Below, piece by piece: positions 30,045 through 42,926 of a stretch of 64,000 bases of DNA. Location of the stretch: positions 62,001 through 126,000 of the forward strand of contig QPMI01000559.1 of the NCBI GenBank assembly GCA_004431415.1. Reading direction: 5' to 3'. Source of the stretch: Cyanophora paradoxa CCMP329. Its lineage: Eukaryota > Plantae > Glaucophyta. Each line of letters opens with the position of its first letter. Position 1 is the first letter of the stretch. Below the pieces are notes generated by a model. The model was not told the origin of the DNA. It did no database searches and was given only the letters and a program-made list of their open reading frames with translations. The translations under genes were made by a program, and so were the position numbers.

Positions 30045-30518
30045 TTTTACTCTCCAAAGTTTCACTCATCTTCGATAGAGAAGGAACTCAACGATAGATA
30101 GAGAGGGATTACATGTGGGTCTTCAATGTATCTACATCAGGAATCTCTGGGCCCGGAGCCTGAACATATGAAAGACGTGTGCGTCTACGGTGACTCTGCT
30201 GTGGCGACCAAGGGGGCTTTGCGGCAGGGCTGGAGGGACTAGACGGCCGATCGTTTGCTGGAACTTTAATCGATATTGGTTCTCGAGGACCAGCAGGTTT
30301 TGCAACGGCAATGTCTACCTGTAGCCTTGAGAGAGCATCCTCGTGATTCAGCATCCTTTGAGCCAATAGTTGTTCGCTGCTGTGTATAGAGAGATGAAGA
30401 TGAGCCAAATCATCAGAGAGCTGTTGAAGATGTCTGTGAATGTGAGCTGTTAGAGTTGCAGTTGCTGCTGCTGCTGCTGCTGTTGTTGTCCTCTGCTGCT
30501 GTTGTTGTTGTTTCCTCT

Positions 30519-30550
<32 letters not shown>

Positions 30551-30555
30551 TGCTG

Positions 30556-30606
<51 letters not shown>

Positions 30607-31370
30607 CCGCCACCGCTGCTGCTGTTGCTGTCCAGTTAGGCTTGTGGAGTCTTGACAGCAGCTGTGCTTGTGCTTGCTGGAGTTTTGATCGTTAACTGCA
30701 CCCACGCCTTCGATTCGCCTTCTCTGGGCCTCGTCTTTGGCCTTCCTTTCGTTCTTTATTTTGATAAGCTCGGGCTGGGCAGCTGCTTGAGGATCAGCAG
30801 CTTGCCAATCCGCATCATCGTCAGAAAATGGGAGCTGTTCAGAAAAGAAATCAACTGTAGCGAACGGGCGCTATGAGTGCAATGAAAGAGCCATGGCAAA
30901 TCGAAAGTGTAGCACCGTCCTCGCTGTCCCAGTGAAGATTTCCCAGTCGCAGGTGCGATGCTGTTAGATTCTTCGCTAGCTTCGTGGGGATGTTGGGCGG
31001 AGGGAGTGGGAATTCGAAGGCGTCGTCCAGGGGCGGCTTTGAGCGGAGGTTCGAGCTGACGTTCGGAGCCGCTGGCGGTGCCGCCACACGTGCTGTTGGT
31101 CCTGCTGCCGCCGCTGGCTGTGCCGCCACGCGTGCTGTTGGTCCTGCTACCATAAGCGCAGCCACCGCCTGGGCCCCTGACACCACCGCTGGCGCCCTCG
31201 GCGCTTGCGCAATCGCTGGCGCTGCTGCCGCCCCCGCGGCTGAGCCCCCCGATGGAGTCGCGCTTGCTGAGGCATGGACTGCAGCGACTGGCGGTACAGG
31301 CACAGTAGATCCGCGGCCACCCTTGGAGCTAGCTCCTTGGCCGCGGAAGAACGCAAGCATTCTTATTCTA
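30045..31370 (-). pseudogene. Decayed ORF with poly-Q and coiled-coil segment (retroelement ORF1-like); pieces recopied at 27534-27697 and 53905-54019
   Basis: (CAG/CAA)n at 30460-30600, in-frame stops and dispersed partial copies. Confidence 0.45.
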
Positions 31371-31697
31371 CGCTGCCGGCGGCGGGGCGGGGGCGGCTGC
31401 TGGCGTTCGCGATGGGGAGGCTGCGGGCGCCGCCGGGCTGAACAGCCGCCGGCAGCACGTAGGTAGGAGGTCCGGCGCGCCCGTAGCTTAGAAAGAGCAG
31501 CAATCTAGACCCCCGAACTGCTGAAGGTCAAGCAAGCTTTTGCTCGGCTCTTAAGCGAGCCGTTGCTCGGCTGCCCGCGTATAAAGCCGAGAGCTCGAGC
31601 CGGGCTCGCGAAGCCGCTCCCTCAAAGTACGTATACCCCCAAAAGTCATCCGTCAGAAGCTGCAGCGCGCGCGTCTTCGCCTTCGTTTCTTGTCACG

Positions 31698-32740
31698 ATG
31701 TCGGGAGGGAAGGAAAGGATCGACGTCATCGCCGTCCTATCGAAGGACGCGGAGACGATCCGGTGCGCAGGCGCTCATCAAAGACGTTCAAGAGTTTAGC
31801 TGTCGTCCAACCCCTAATCGCACTCGCAATCTTTGCACGCTGCGATTTCAGGGAGCTCTTCAAGCTCCACGCGCGGGCGCTCCTCGAGAACGACAAGGAG
31901 GAGCAGGTCAGTCGTATGCGCAGACGCACGCGTACGTGCTAATTTTCGCCTCTGTTGCAGGATCGCCTCTCCCGCGAGATCCAAAGGCTCGTCGCGCTTT
32001 TTCCGGGCTTTTGCAGCGCCATTCAAGAGTCTAGCTGTCGTCCAACCCCTAATCGTAATCGCAATCTTTCCACGCTGCGTTTTCAGGGAGCCCTTACATA
32101 AGCCTTACATATGCGAGCTCAAGAAGTCCCGGGCTGTTGCAGCGCCAGCTGATCGATGCGCCCGTAGGCACGCGATCGCACACAGCTACGCCGAGAAGAA
32201 ATCCCTGTTTCCTAATATCGGGTCACTCCTCCCAGAGGAAGCGGATGTTGAGGCGATAAAGGAACGCTGCGTACACGATCTGAACCGATGCGAAAGGCAC
32301 CTCGTCAAATTGAACAGCATTTCGCCGTTGGAGGGTCAAACTTACGAACAGGTTCGATTCTCTGCCACCTGGCGCAGACTTCGGAAGCACATCTGACGCC
32401 ATGTGGGCCCAAGGAAATGGAGCGGCTTCGAGAATGCCTTGAATCCTATTTTCTCGATGAGGAGGACATCCTTTTCCCCAAGATGAGAAAACAGGTGCGA
32501 CGCCTTTTTTTTTGATTCCTTTGCTCTCTCTTCTCGAAATCTGGGATAAGGCTGACGCTGGTTAGGCTGACGAGGCATTCCTCCATTCTCTCGCTGCCTC
32601 AATTTTGAATGAGAAGCACCGTGCCCCACATGTCCTCGAGGTGACCACTACTCTGATTATGCCAATCGAGATTCTGACTTGTGTTTCGATTCTGTTCTGG
32701 TGAATGACGTCGACAGGTCAGTCCGATGAAGCTGGGCTAA
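31698..32740 (+). CDS. Hemerythrin/HHE-domain-like protein (multi-exon)
   Basis: HSYAEKKSLFP and YFLDEEDILFPKM resemble HxxxEExxLFP repeats. Canonical short introns. Confidence 0.7.
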
Positions 32741-32864
32741 CGATCTAACGAGTCCAGACTCGATCTGGACTTGACGCGAGTGTGTTTGGATGTTTCAAAT
32801 CAAGATAATGTGTACTGCCACAACAACAGCGATCTGGTTCTCGAGTCTCTGTGCTCTGTGGCGC

Positions 32865-33000
32865 GGGGGGTTGAGGGGGTTGGGGGGTTTGGGGGTTGGG
32901 GGTTGGGGGTTGGGGGGTTGGGGGGTTGGGGGTTGGGGGGTTGGGGGGTTGGGGGGTTGGGGGGCGGGGGGGGGGGGGTGGGGGGGGGGTGGGGGGGGGT
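32865..33000. repeat. (G4-6TT)n G-rich tract, G-quadruplex-forming potential
   Basis: Direct reading. Confidence 0.8.
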
Positions 33001-33119
33001 GGCTGTCTTGGAATTTATCAACGTCAAACAGGGTTCGCCTGTGGATCTTCAATATTGGATACTCGTGGCAATCGTGTCAACAGCCCTCGGGCCTATAATT
33101 TTCGTATCTCTGAGCCTGG

Positions 33120-33480
33120 AGCCTGAGCAGAGTGCCCCTAGGCCTCTATTAATATTCGTCCCCTTCTTGCCCTCTGGCGCAGGCCGACTCCATGTCTGGT
33201 CGCCTCCTCGCTGCAGGCGTACCACGTTGCGAAGAGGACCGAGGCCTGCGCCCACAGCGCGCAGAAGTGCGTCAACAGGCATCGCCCCCCCCCCCCCCCC
33301 CCCCCCTCCCCCCCCCCCATTGCCGGGGCAGCTAGCAAGAGTGTCCGCGGGGAGGCGCATTACTCTCCTTGGCCAGTTCTTTGTTCAAGAATAGAGCAAT
33401 AGCGGCTCACCCAAACAGCACGGGTACAGCTAAAGCGCTGAGGTAGGAGGTCCGGCCGCGCCCGTAGCTTAGAAAGAGCA
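33120..33480. repeat. Composite repeat of about 360 bp, with an inverted copy at 43261-43625
   Basis: Reverse-complement match that includes the junction between MITE-internal sequence and repeat B. Confidence 0.88.
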
Positions 33481-33899
33481 ATAGTATGTTACACGTAGCA
33501 GCTTTTCCCCGTGGCCGGCCAAGGGTTCTAATTCTTCTCCGGTACAAAAACTCGAATTATATCGGTCAGCGTAAATACACCGACAGGCTAACGCAAACAA
33601 AATGAGTCAAACCTCCACAGAGGTAGCACAAGCACAAGCAAAGATTTGCGGACCTTCATCTGTTCATCGCAGACCCAGACACCTGTTCATCTCATCAGGC
33701 CGGGCAGCGTTCCGTTTTCTGCGGCCTATCCCCCTTTGAATCTAGCTGCGGTCCCCCAATGCGGCAGCTTCTTGGCCGGTTCTCAACGGGCGGGGTCAAT
33801 GTTTCTAGCGCGCCATCTCCCCCCCTTTCCTCCCCCCCCCTCCCCCTCCCCTCCCCCTTCCCCCTCTCTCCCCTGCAGCCACGCGCGCCCATAGCCTAG

Positions 33900-35636
33900 A
33901 GAGCGCACCAAACCAGTGGTTCTCGTAGATTTGTCGAACAACGTCGAGGATGCTCTCCGTTTTGCGTACACAACGAGGCGTCTGCAACGGCGTGACTTCC
34001 TGGTCATGGTGAGTTCGCAGTGCGGCGCACATGACCACCGTGCAGTTGGTGCAGAAAGAATCCTATGGGAAAATTGAGGAAGCTGAGCTTCTCCTTGTCC
34101 AGCCTGATGGAGAAATCAGATTGCCACAAGAAGCGATAAAGAGGGCCGTGATCTTGCCCTCTCAGATCACGAACTCCAAGCGTTGCTGCGACTTTCCCCT
34201 CCTCATCAACCACAGCAATCGCGCTGAGATGAAACTTGTGCATCTTGGAGGCGTTTAGGTGGATTCGAACATAGACTCCAATGCATGCCGTACCAAGACA
34301 AACCCGTCCAGAGCCCGCTCCCGATGTCCAATCGAGACTACCCCCTGGTGCATCTAATGTGAAGGTTAGCAGCAACCGCTTGAGCGGGAGAGGAGAGTTA
34401 CAATTCTCTCCACCGGGATATCGCGTATCTCAGGGATGCAGTGCGCGTTCTCATATCTGCCACTAAAATAAGGCGAACCGATTGTGTGGGTAAGGTATCA
34501 CCCACAAGAAGCGGGTGAGGTCGATCTGGCCTAGGATGTGCAGCTCGTTGTCCTTCTCAGATTCTACGAGGGCCTTGTGTGTTCCACTTTGGAAGACTTG
34601 GGCAAGCCTTTTTTGCGCTTAGCAGTGTACGTATATACGGTTAAGAACGACGAACACATCAAGCGGCGTGTTCGACGGGAACTTCGGCAATTCAACTCTT
34701 TTTTCCTTTCCCAAAAAATCGATCACCTGCTCAATCGTTTGAAAAAATCGTTTTAAATTAATTTCTCGATCCTGCGGCAGGGCTCGGCTGGGCTTCGGAC
34801 CTCCTTGATGGGCCGCGTGAGAAAGTTCTCAACTTCGTCGAGAATTCTCTTCCTTGCTTCAATGGACACCGGCCCGTCCACTACCTCTGCGTCCCCGAGA
34901 ACATCGAGCACTGCGTGAAGCATGACGAATTTTTGAAGCTCTTCTGCTGAAAGACAGCCAATGTAGCTCTTGCTCTTCGGCCCACCCGTAGTTACTGGAA
35001 TGCTGCAGATGGCGAGCAGTATGATTATTTGGACCGCATTTGGACGCATTTGGCCTTCACTTTAAATTTCCCCCAGCCGGCGTTGATGACAGCCGTGCAC
35101 CTGCTCACATGGGCCTCCTTGAGGAGCGCGAAGCCCCGGCCCACAGTCTCAGTCGAGCTGATTTCGATAAGATGAGTCGGTGCTTTGCCGCCAGAATCGC
35201 TGCGCGCGAAGAGATTTCCTGCATGTTTGTAAGCAGAAAGCGCCAGATCGGGCCACTGGGCCAGTTGAAACAGAAAGCGCACTGAGCGATCGAGTGATTG
35301 ATAGTTTCTTTCTATCCCCCTTCGCGCTCGCCCCCGAGCTCTCCTTCTCGGCCTTTCGTAAACTCAGCCGTCTGTTCCGCGCGCGCGTGGTGGTGGCATA
35401 GACCTGGCGCTCGCGCATTTCTTTTTGCAAGCCCAGCAAAAACTGAACCGTCTTCCCCGCAAGAAGCTCCTTGACCCGTACCGCCGACGACGTGTCCTGC
35501 GGGAGAGAGCGGGCCGGCAGCGGAGCGGGCGCACGGTTAGCTTGATCTGATTTCGACTTCAATGTTAGATAAAGCTGCTGCAGCTGATTGCACGCACCAG
35601 GTCTAGAGGCTGAGGGCGCACGAAGTCGCGCTGCAT
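33900..35636 (-). CDS. CBS-domain protein (AMPK-gamma/Sds23-like); boundaries approximate
   Basis: MHKFHLSAIAVVDEEGKVAATLGVRDLRG, IEISSTETVGRGFALLKEAHVS and CVRKTESILDVVRQI are CBS-like repeats. Confidence 0.65.
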
Positions 35637-35771
35637 CGAGAGCCGGCCGGGCGGAGGGGTCCCGGAGTGCGAGGCCGAACCCTTCATCGCCCTGACACGA
35701 CAGATCTCAGTCGCGCGCGGCTCGAGAATCAGATTTCCACGTTCAATCCTTTCGAGGCGGGTATACAATAA

Positions 35772-36140
35772 CGCATTTGGACACTGTGACACGTACTAAA
35801 ACGCAGGTCCGGGCTACAAGTGTGGGAATGTACACTGCGGCCGCCGCGGCCGCGGGCCCAGCCCACCAGCGAGCTGGCCGGCCGGGCCCTGCGTGGCCCC
35901 CTAAGGAGAGTAATGCGCCTCCCCACGGACACCGTGCTACGCTATGGCTAGCTATGGCTACGTGTGCCCGCATGCGCGGCCGCGCCCGGGGGGCCACGCA
36001 AGGCCCGGCTGGCCAGCTAACTGCACCTGGGACGCCAGCGCTAGCGCGGCGCCACGCGGGTCCGGATCCGCGCCCCACTTGCCTGGCCAAATCCCACACT
36101 TGCAGCCCGGACTTGCGGTTTGAATTCGTGTCCAAATGCT
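35772..36140. mobile_element. Complete 369-bp MITE of the GCATTTGGACAC family
   Basis: Both termini present and inverted. No TSD visible (AA|C...T|TC). Confidence 0.85.
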
Positions 36141-36160
36141 TCTTCCGTAATATAAGCCCA

Positions 36161-37364
36161 TTAAAGAAGGCCTGGAGGTGGTCTTAATACGATTTTTCCT
36201 GGAGAGTGCATGTGCACCTCAGGGACAGGAGATCTTCAGTGCATGTACAAAAGCATGCGCACGGTGAACCATGTCCACAATCGGGACAATCTGCTTCACG
36301 AATGGCACGAGCGCCGTGGATCCTCCATCCAACTGAATCTCCAGGATGTCATTCCCAGCATTTATGACTGAGAGAACACGACCAATGTTCTGGCATGATT
36401 GAATGTCAGCTCTCAACCCACGAGATCACAAACTCATTCACCTTTGCATTTCCGAGATCCTCTGAACCTGACTCTTGGTTCTCGAGGCACACATCCATGC
36501 CTATCAAGTCACGCACATGGTACTCCACACCCTCCTCGAGCACAGGTCGCTCCGAGGCACTCGCATAGAGCTTGGAGCCCCGGAGCTCTTCAGCTGCCTC
36601 TCGGCAGTCGATGCCTGCGAGCCGTATGATGAACGTCGATTTTCCAGGTACGCTTCTGCACGGATACTCTCAGAACATAGTACTGCAGGAGAACAGCTAG
36701 AATACGTGCCTGCCCGTGGTGAGCTGCACCGTTTCCAGAGTAGCCTTCGGGTTGGCAGCACGACCCCAGTCTTCTCCAGCTCTGGCGGTAGTCGCTCTTG
36801 ATGACCGCAGAAGGTAGCGTGTGCCAGGCCTTGTGAATCTCTCCGGAAAGTCCGATACACTCTGAGCTTTCAATTCGCCACGGACGCCATGTGGGCCCAC
36901 TATCGTGCCTATTGCGACGTAATCGTCACTGACTCCGTCATCCTCGGCGTCCTGCGCGACACGCGCTGCGCGTACGTTAGAGCGGTCGCAGTGGCGGGGA
37001 GTGTCATGCGCACAAGGGGCGCGGCTGGGCTTCGGGCGCACTGCGCGGGAGCTGTCACTTGGCTGACTGCGGCTGCCCTCGCACAGCAAAACCCCGCCGA
37101 GGGGCGCCGAAAACCTCGCCGGGACCGCCGGCACGCGAGGCGCCCACGTCCACGTCGTGGAAAGCCTGCATCTGTGCAAGATATGCTATCAGAGACCCGC
37201 GCGCGCCCCCGGCACGACAAGCGCCGTCCGCACCGGCGCTTCAGGAAGCAAGCGCTGGCGCGGTGCTCGACGGGAATCCGTGCGATCGATGCCGCGGGTG
37301 CTGGCCACGCCGGCAGCGTGCGGGAAGGGAAGGAGATTAACACTGCGAAGCAGGCGGACGGCAT
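36161..37364 (-). CDS. rimM: 16S rRNA processing protein RimM, plastid-targeted
   Basis: YVAIGTIVGPHGVRGELK...SDFPERF, EYHVRDLIG, AGNDILEI...LVPFVKQIVPIVD and PPPGLL*. Confidence 0.92.
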
Positions 37365-37771
37365 CGAACTTATAGATATCGATGGCGGATCCAGATCAGC
37401 CGCTCAGGAGGGGCCCCCGGGGGAACTTGGGGAAGGGGGGGAGGGGTAGGGAGAGGGGGGGCGGAAACGAACGGGAGGGGGGGCCTGGGGGGCTGGGGGG
37501 GGCGGAAGTGGGCGCGGGGGCTTGCCATTGGCAGCCAACTGCAGGTCAGATCAGAAGTCACCCTTCCTCGTCAGACAATTGCAAGTTTTTCCTGGGGCCT
37601 TCGAGCTCTTCGCCTTTCGTCAAAACCGTACGGCTGGCTTGGGCGTGTCTTAAGCTTCCTCGTCGATCAGAACGTCGACCCAGGCTTCTGCACTACCGGA
37701 CCGGTGCCTCTAAATCTGTAAAGATCGAGATCGAGCTCAAGGCCGGGCCCGCCGCGCATACGTAGGAGACC

Positions 37772-38777
37772 ATGGGGAAGCGCGGTGGGAAGCGTGGCCG
37801 TGCGGCCGGCGAGGGCGAACTCGAGGTGCGCGGCCCCCTGCGCAGCCTGCCGACAGGCACCAACAGAACGCAGTCCGGGGGCGAAGATCAGGAGGAAGCG
37901 TATCACCCGCATTCCAGCGCGACCGCGACAACCTCGGGCGATGGCCGCCGCGTATCGAGTACGTACGCCGCTCTTTCCTCTGCACATCGAAAGGATTCGA
38001 GAAACGCGCAGCGAGGCGGAAACAGCTCAGCGAGGCCATGAAGCAGGTCATGTTCTTCGCCTCCGTGCGCGTGGGGTTTGCCTGCTGAAAGACTGGCAGG
38101 TCGACGAGGAAACAAGGCAGCAGGTCAAGAACGCCCGTTTGGAGGCGCTTGCCAACGACGACTACGGCATGGACCTCGACACCAAGAAAGGCGATGACGA
38201 TGACTTCGTGATGACTTCCGACGAGGATGACGATGGTCAATGCACTTCCTGAGTCTGCACCGTTATTGCAGGCTCACTCGCGAACTGCAGTCGCGTTCGT
38301 GAAAAAGAAACGCAAAAAGAAAACAGAGCTCCGGGAGAAGCGAGACAAACAAGAACGAGCCACCAAGAAGCTGGAGCAAATCATCAAAGAGGCTGTTGGT
38401 TACTTTGCCGCGTTTCATCGAACGGAAGTGCCGCAACTGATCGAAGGGGGCCCGAGCAGAATCTCGAGGGGTGCCCATCCCATATACCAACATATCTCAC
38501 AGCCGCTGTGAAGCCATCCCGTTACCCGGCAAGGCATTTCTGCCATGTCTGCGGGTGGGGGGCTTCCTTCGGCTATTTGACTGTTCCATGAATACAGCTG
38601 GCTCAGAACCGCGCAGGTTCTTCTCGAACTACACTTGCACACGCTGCGGAATGCGATACTGCTCAGCAAGGTTTTTTCTCCTGTTTTTCAATTTCCATAC
38701 CGAGCGCTGCAAGAGTAACACCTTACAGATGTCTAGGGCAGCACAAAGAAACGAGATGCCTCAAGTTTGCGGATTAG
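37772..38777 (+). CDS. SWC6: SWR1 complex subunit 6 / ZNHIT1 (zf-HIT)
   Basis: RLEALANDD, PTYLTAAVKPSRYPARHFCHVCG, YTCTRCGMRYCS and HKETRCLKF. The start is uncertain. Confidence 0.9.
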
Positions 38778-39299
38778 CACAAGCCCCTCCCGCGCTGCAC
38801 CGTCGAATTGTGGTCACGATTATGATTGGGAATACGATTACGATTGCGAACACGATTACGCTTGCGAATATGATTACGATTAGATATAGTGCGAGCCTTA
38901 GGCGGCGGCGTTGGCAAGCTTTAAGTGTTTTTGCAGGGAGCCTGTTTCAGGACGCCTAGCTCGGACGCCTAACGCCTGTTTGAGATCAGGCGATCGCGAG
39001 GTAATTACAATGCTGGGTAAGCGTGCTGCAATTGGACACGTACTAAAACGCAGGTCCGGCCTCCGGGCTACAAGTGTGGGAATGTACACGGTGGCCGCCG
39101 CGGCCGCGGGCCCAGCCCACCAGCGAGCTGGCCGGCCGGGCCCCGCGTGGCCCCCTAAGGAGAGTAATGCGCCTCCCCGCGGACACTCTGGCTAGCTATG
39201 GCTACGTATATACGTGTGCCCGCATGCGCGGCGTGGTGCTGCATCGCGTCTTGGGGCGGCAGGGGCCGCAATCTTATAACTATGCTTCATTTCTGTAAC

Positions 39300-40601
39300 G
39301 CGAAAAAGGAAGGAATGTACAAGAAAGTTGGTTTCAACCAGCAGGCGCCACAGAAACCAAAGGAAAGTGGACAGAGGAGGGAATGCGGGGATAGAGGGCA
39401 TCCTCCAGGGCCTGTGCTCCCGTCAGTTGCTTCAGCGAAATGAACAGGAAAACCGATCAAACCTCGTGGAGTTCAAACATCACCCGACGGAAAAGTCGAC
39501 AGAGCTGCCTGTGCCCATGAGCCCAGTCCGCAGCTTGGCACTGGCGGCAACAGTAGCATGCCTGCAGCCACTTAAGCATCGGAGCGATCATCGGACTCCA
39601 ATCAACGCACCGCTCGGCATGAGCCGCACACTTGAAACTCCCTGCGTCGGGTTTCTGCCTGCCCACACACCCGATTGAAGCACGATCGCAGCTGATGCCG
39701 CCTGCTACAAGGGAGTTGTGGCGAAAGCTAATGACCAGGCGACAATTCCGCATACCTGGGTTGCCGTTCGCGGTGAGCCCGTTCCTGTACATGCTGCGCA
39801 GGCAACTCCGGAGGGAGGTCTGCATCTTCTCGGTCGGGCGCGTCCAGCCGCCGACCGTGAGGGTCGGGCCGCGCTTCATCCGCCAGGATTGCCAGGCCAG
39901 CGCGACCGTCTTCTGGGGGATTGCGACGGCCCGCCTCATCTTCTCTGCCTTCTCGCATGCCCGACTCCCGCGTGCCCAAGGCCGACCCAGGAAGCGGCGG
40001 GGGGATCCCAAGGTCCCGCTCTGCGGCCGACCGTGCAGTCTGCAGAATCTCCATTAACTGCCCAAACTCAGCGTTCAGAGCTGCGTGTGCATCGAAGGCA
40101 CGGGCGCGTCACCATGTGGTGCGGCTTCAAGCGGTGGTGCCGCCTCTCCCGCTCCGCGTGCGCATCTCGAAACCCCTCGAGACGATCGATGCGGTCCAGG
40201 TGGAGGTTGAGAAGTCGCACGAACGACTCAAGGATGACGGAGAGCATGCGGCTCCTGTTGCCCGCAGGAACGTCTTCCGGCGGGGGCTCGGGCGGCTCGC
40301 CGCGTTGCTGCCGCAGCGCAGCTATGTCTGCCCTGAGGGTCTCCACGGTTGACTTGAGAAGACTGTCTATGTCGAGGCGGCGTGCGGCGCCCTGCTCCCC
40401 CTCTGCTGCATGCGCCCTGCTGGAGCTAGCGGCAGCGGTGTTCCCCGGCGCAAGCGGCGGGTGGGGCTCGTCCACTGCGGCGGCGGCTGTTCCTTGCGCT
40501 TGCGCGGGGGCCACGTCGTCCTCACTGCTCCCCGCGGCCTCACCGCCCTTTCTTGGTGCCAAACGCTCGGACTCCGCCCCGCTCTCACCGCGGCTCTCCA
40601 T
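39300..40601 (-). CDS. Protein with C-terminal MYND-type zinc finger; boundaries approximate
   Basis: ACYCCRQCQAADWAHGHRQLC. Confidence 0.65.
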
Positions 40602-40649
40602 CACTGGAGAGCTTGGAGCGCTGCGGCGACGACGGCTGTACCCCAACAG

Positions 40650-41580
40650 CAATTTCAGCCCCAATTTTCTCACTCTCTCCTTCCCGATCTTCAGCTACCC
40701 CTTACCCCGTCTTCTACTGCTGGTTTTACTGTGGATCGATTGATGCGTACCTTCTTTCAAGAGCTCGACCGCTTGTTGGAAATTCTTCCTCATCGCCTTC
40801 CTCCTCACCGCCGTGTGCGCTTCTTTTCTGATTTTCATACTGTTCCTCAGATTGACCCCTTCCGGTCTTCAAGGCTTCCTTCTGTGAACAATTGCTTGGT
40901 GCAGCGCGCGTGTTTGACTCAACCTGGCAACGATATCTTTCCTGTGAGCATGTTCCTGCTGCTCACCCTCCTTCGCATCTCCAACCTAGCCCGCTTCCGC
41001 TAGTCTTTCCTGCTGCCGTCTTATGTCCTGAACTTCTACACACTCTTAAGCGTCCTCCTACTTTCGTAGATCCTTCTGACTCCGACTCTGATCATCTGAT
41101 GGGGAGTCGATCTCTTCTGCTTCCTCTTCATCTTCTCGTGCTCCTAGTCCAGAGCGTGCTGATGCCCCAGGTACTCCAGAATATATAGAGCCTGAGCCTA
41201 TTGCGGACAACCCTCTTCCTGCACATGCTCCTGAACCTGCTCAAGATGCTCTTGGTCCCGTTCTTCCTGCTCAGATCCATGATGAGGATAATGAAGAGGA
41301 ACTTGCTTTGCTCCATAGACCCCGAGCGTCTTCTGCTAGTTCTAGTGCTCGTTCAGATTCATCTAGTCCTGTAATCTATATTACAGATGATGACTTCTCT
41401 GATGCTGCTTCTGATTCTAGTCCTGTCACAGTGTAGTCTTTATTAGTGATGATGAGGATGAGCTCGACATCCCTTCTATCTACCCCAATTTTGCACTTTG
41501 AGACGCGATACCCCACCCGTGCCGTTCAGGGAGCCGGTATCGGGGTGGGATTCGTGTATTTGATATCTTTTTTCTCTCTC
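40650..41580 (+). mobile_element. 5'-truncated LINE fragment related to the 44.4-47.0 kb element, with T/CT tail
   Basis: FFQELDRLLEILPHRLP resembles LFRVLDDFMDMLPRRLP. A piece (41367-41420) is recopied at 26745-26798. Confidence 0.6.
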
Positions 41581-41705
41581 ATTTTGTAACCACCACCCAG
41601 ACTCGAGTTCGAGTCCTGGGAGTGTCTTTTACTTGCTCTCTCTCTCTTTCGGGAGTCTTGGGGCCAGTGTTTGGCCACAACTTGCGTCTTGGCTGGCTGC
41701 CAGAC

Positions 41706-42926
41706 ATGCAGAGCCGAGAGGGCGCCGGAGGTAGCCGCGCGAGCGCCCAGCCGCAGCAGCGCACGGCCTCATTGGCTGCCAGGGCGCGAGACGCGCACGC
41801 TTGCCCGCCGCTCCCTGAACGCGCATCGTTACATGCAACCCCCTTTAACAGCCGGCCGGTGATGCAGCTCGAGCAGCGCCAATCCAGGGGCGCGCTCCAA
41901 TCCAGGAGCGCCATCTCCTCGAGCAGCGCCAATCCAGGGGCGCGCTCCAATCCAGGAGCGCTGCGGGAGTGGCTGCAAACGATTCCAGCCAGTACTGCAG
42001 TGCGCCCGCGCGCCGCTGCTTCTGTTTCGATTTCTGACCAGCATCGGACAGCAGGCGGCGAGCTCGCCCGCTGCAAGGAAGCTTCAGCAGTCCTACGCTG
42101 TCTCGAACTCGACCAGCGCCCCAGCGCCTCGACCTGTAGCCGCAGCCGCAACTCGACGTGCAGCCGCAGCCGCAACTCGACCTGCAGCCGCAACAGCCGC
42201 AACTCGATCTGCAGCCGCAGCCGCAGCTCGACCTGCAGCCGCAACAGCCGCAGCTCAGTCTGTGTCTGCAACTCGACAAGCGGTGGCAACTCAACCTGCA
42301 GCCGCAAGTCGATCTGCAGCCGCCGATGGGCGCGCCACGCGCACGACCAACGAAGACCACGACAACGACGCTTTAATCGCGAGATTACTCTGGGCCGAGG
42401 CGAACGGAATAGATATCGACCCCTCCATTTCCATCCGATTACGAGAGTCTGTTTCTGTTGAGTTCGACACAATGGGAGACTTCGCGGATGCACCTACCTC
42501 ATCTCTGTCTCCAGAAGAGCAAGAAATGATTTCAGCTGCTCTTCGGGGAGCTGACCTCCCACAGCGGAATTCGGCCTACGAAGGTTAGCGTCCTGCTTCA
42601 CAGCCCGCGTCACCGCCCCCGGCTCAGCGGCCGCAGTCCCGCTTGAGAGCATGACTTATGAAGAAATCCTCGCACTTGAAGATCAACTCGGGCACGTCAA
42701 AAGAGGACTCAATCCAGACCTGCTCGCTTCTATGCCGGTTCGCATGATCGAGGAATCTTCTCAGGAAAAAACATGCTCGATCTGCACAGAAGATTACAAA
42801 GCTGGTGATTCAATCAAAACCTTGACATGCTTTCATGCATTTCATGTCGATTGCGTCGATCCATGGCTGCGAGAGAACTCCAGCTGTCCCGTCTGCTTAT
42901 CGGATCTTCGGGAAATTGCATCGTGA
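41706..42926 (+). CDS. RING-H2 E3 ubiquitin ligase (BIG BROTHER/RNF38-like C-terminus); start uncertain
   Basis: MTYEEILALEDQLGHVKRGL...CSICTEDY...LTCFHAFHVDCVDPWL...CPVC. Confidence 0.88.

Noticed and set aside
32717-32775. Possible SECIS element (ATGAA...hairpin)
   Set aside because: ATGAAG lies in the inferred last coding exon (VSPMKLG*), and no in-frame UGA is needed in the gene.
32865-33000. Interstitial telomere
   Set aside because: G-run lengths are irregular, and similar G/C tracts occur in introns and UTRs throughout the window.
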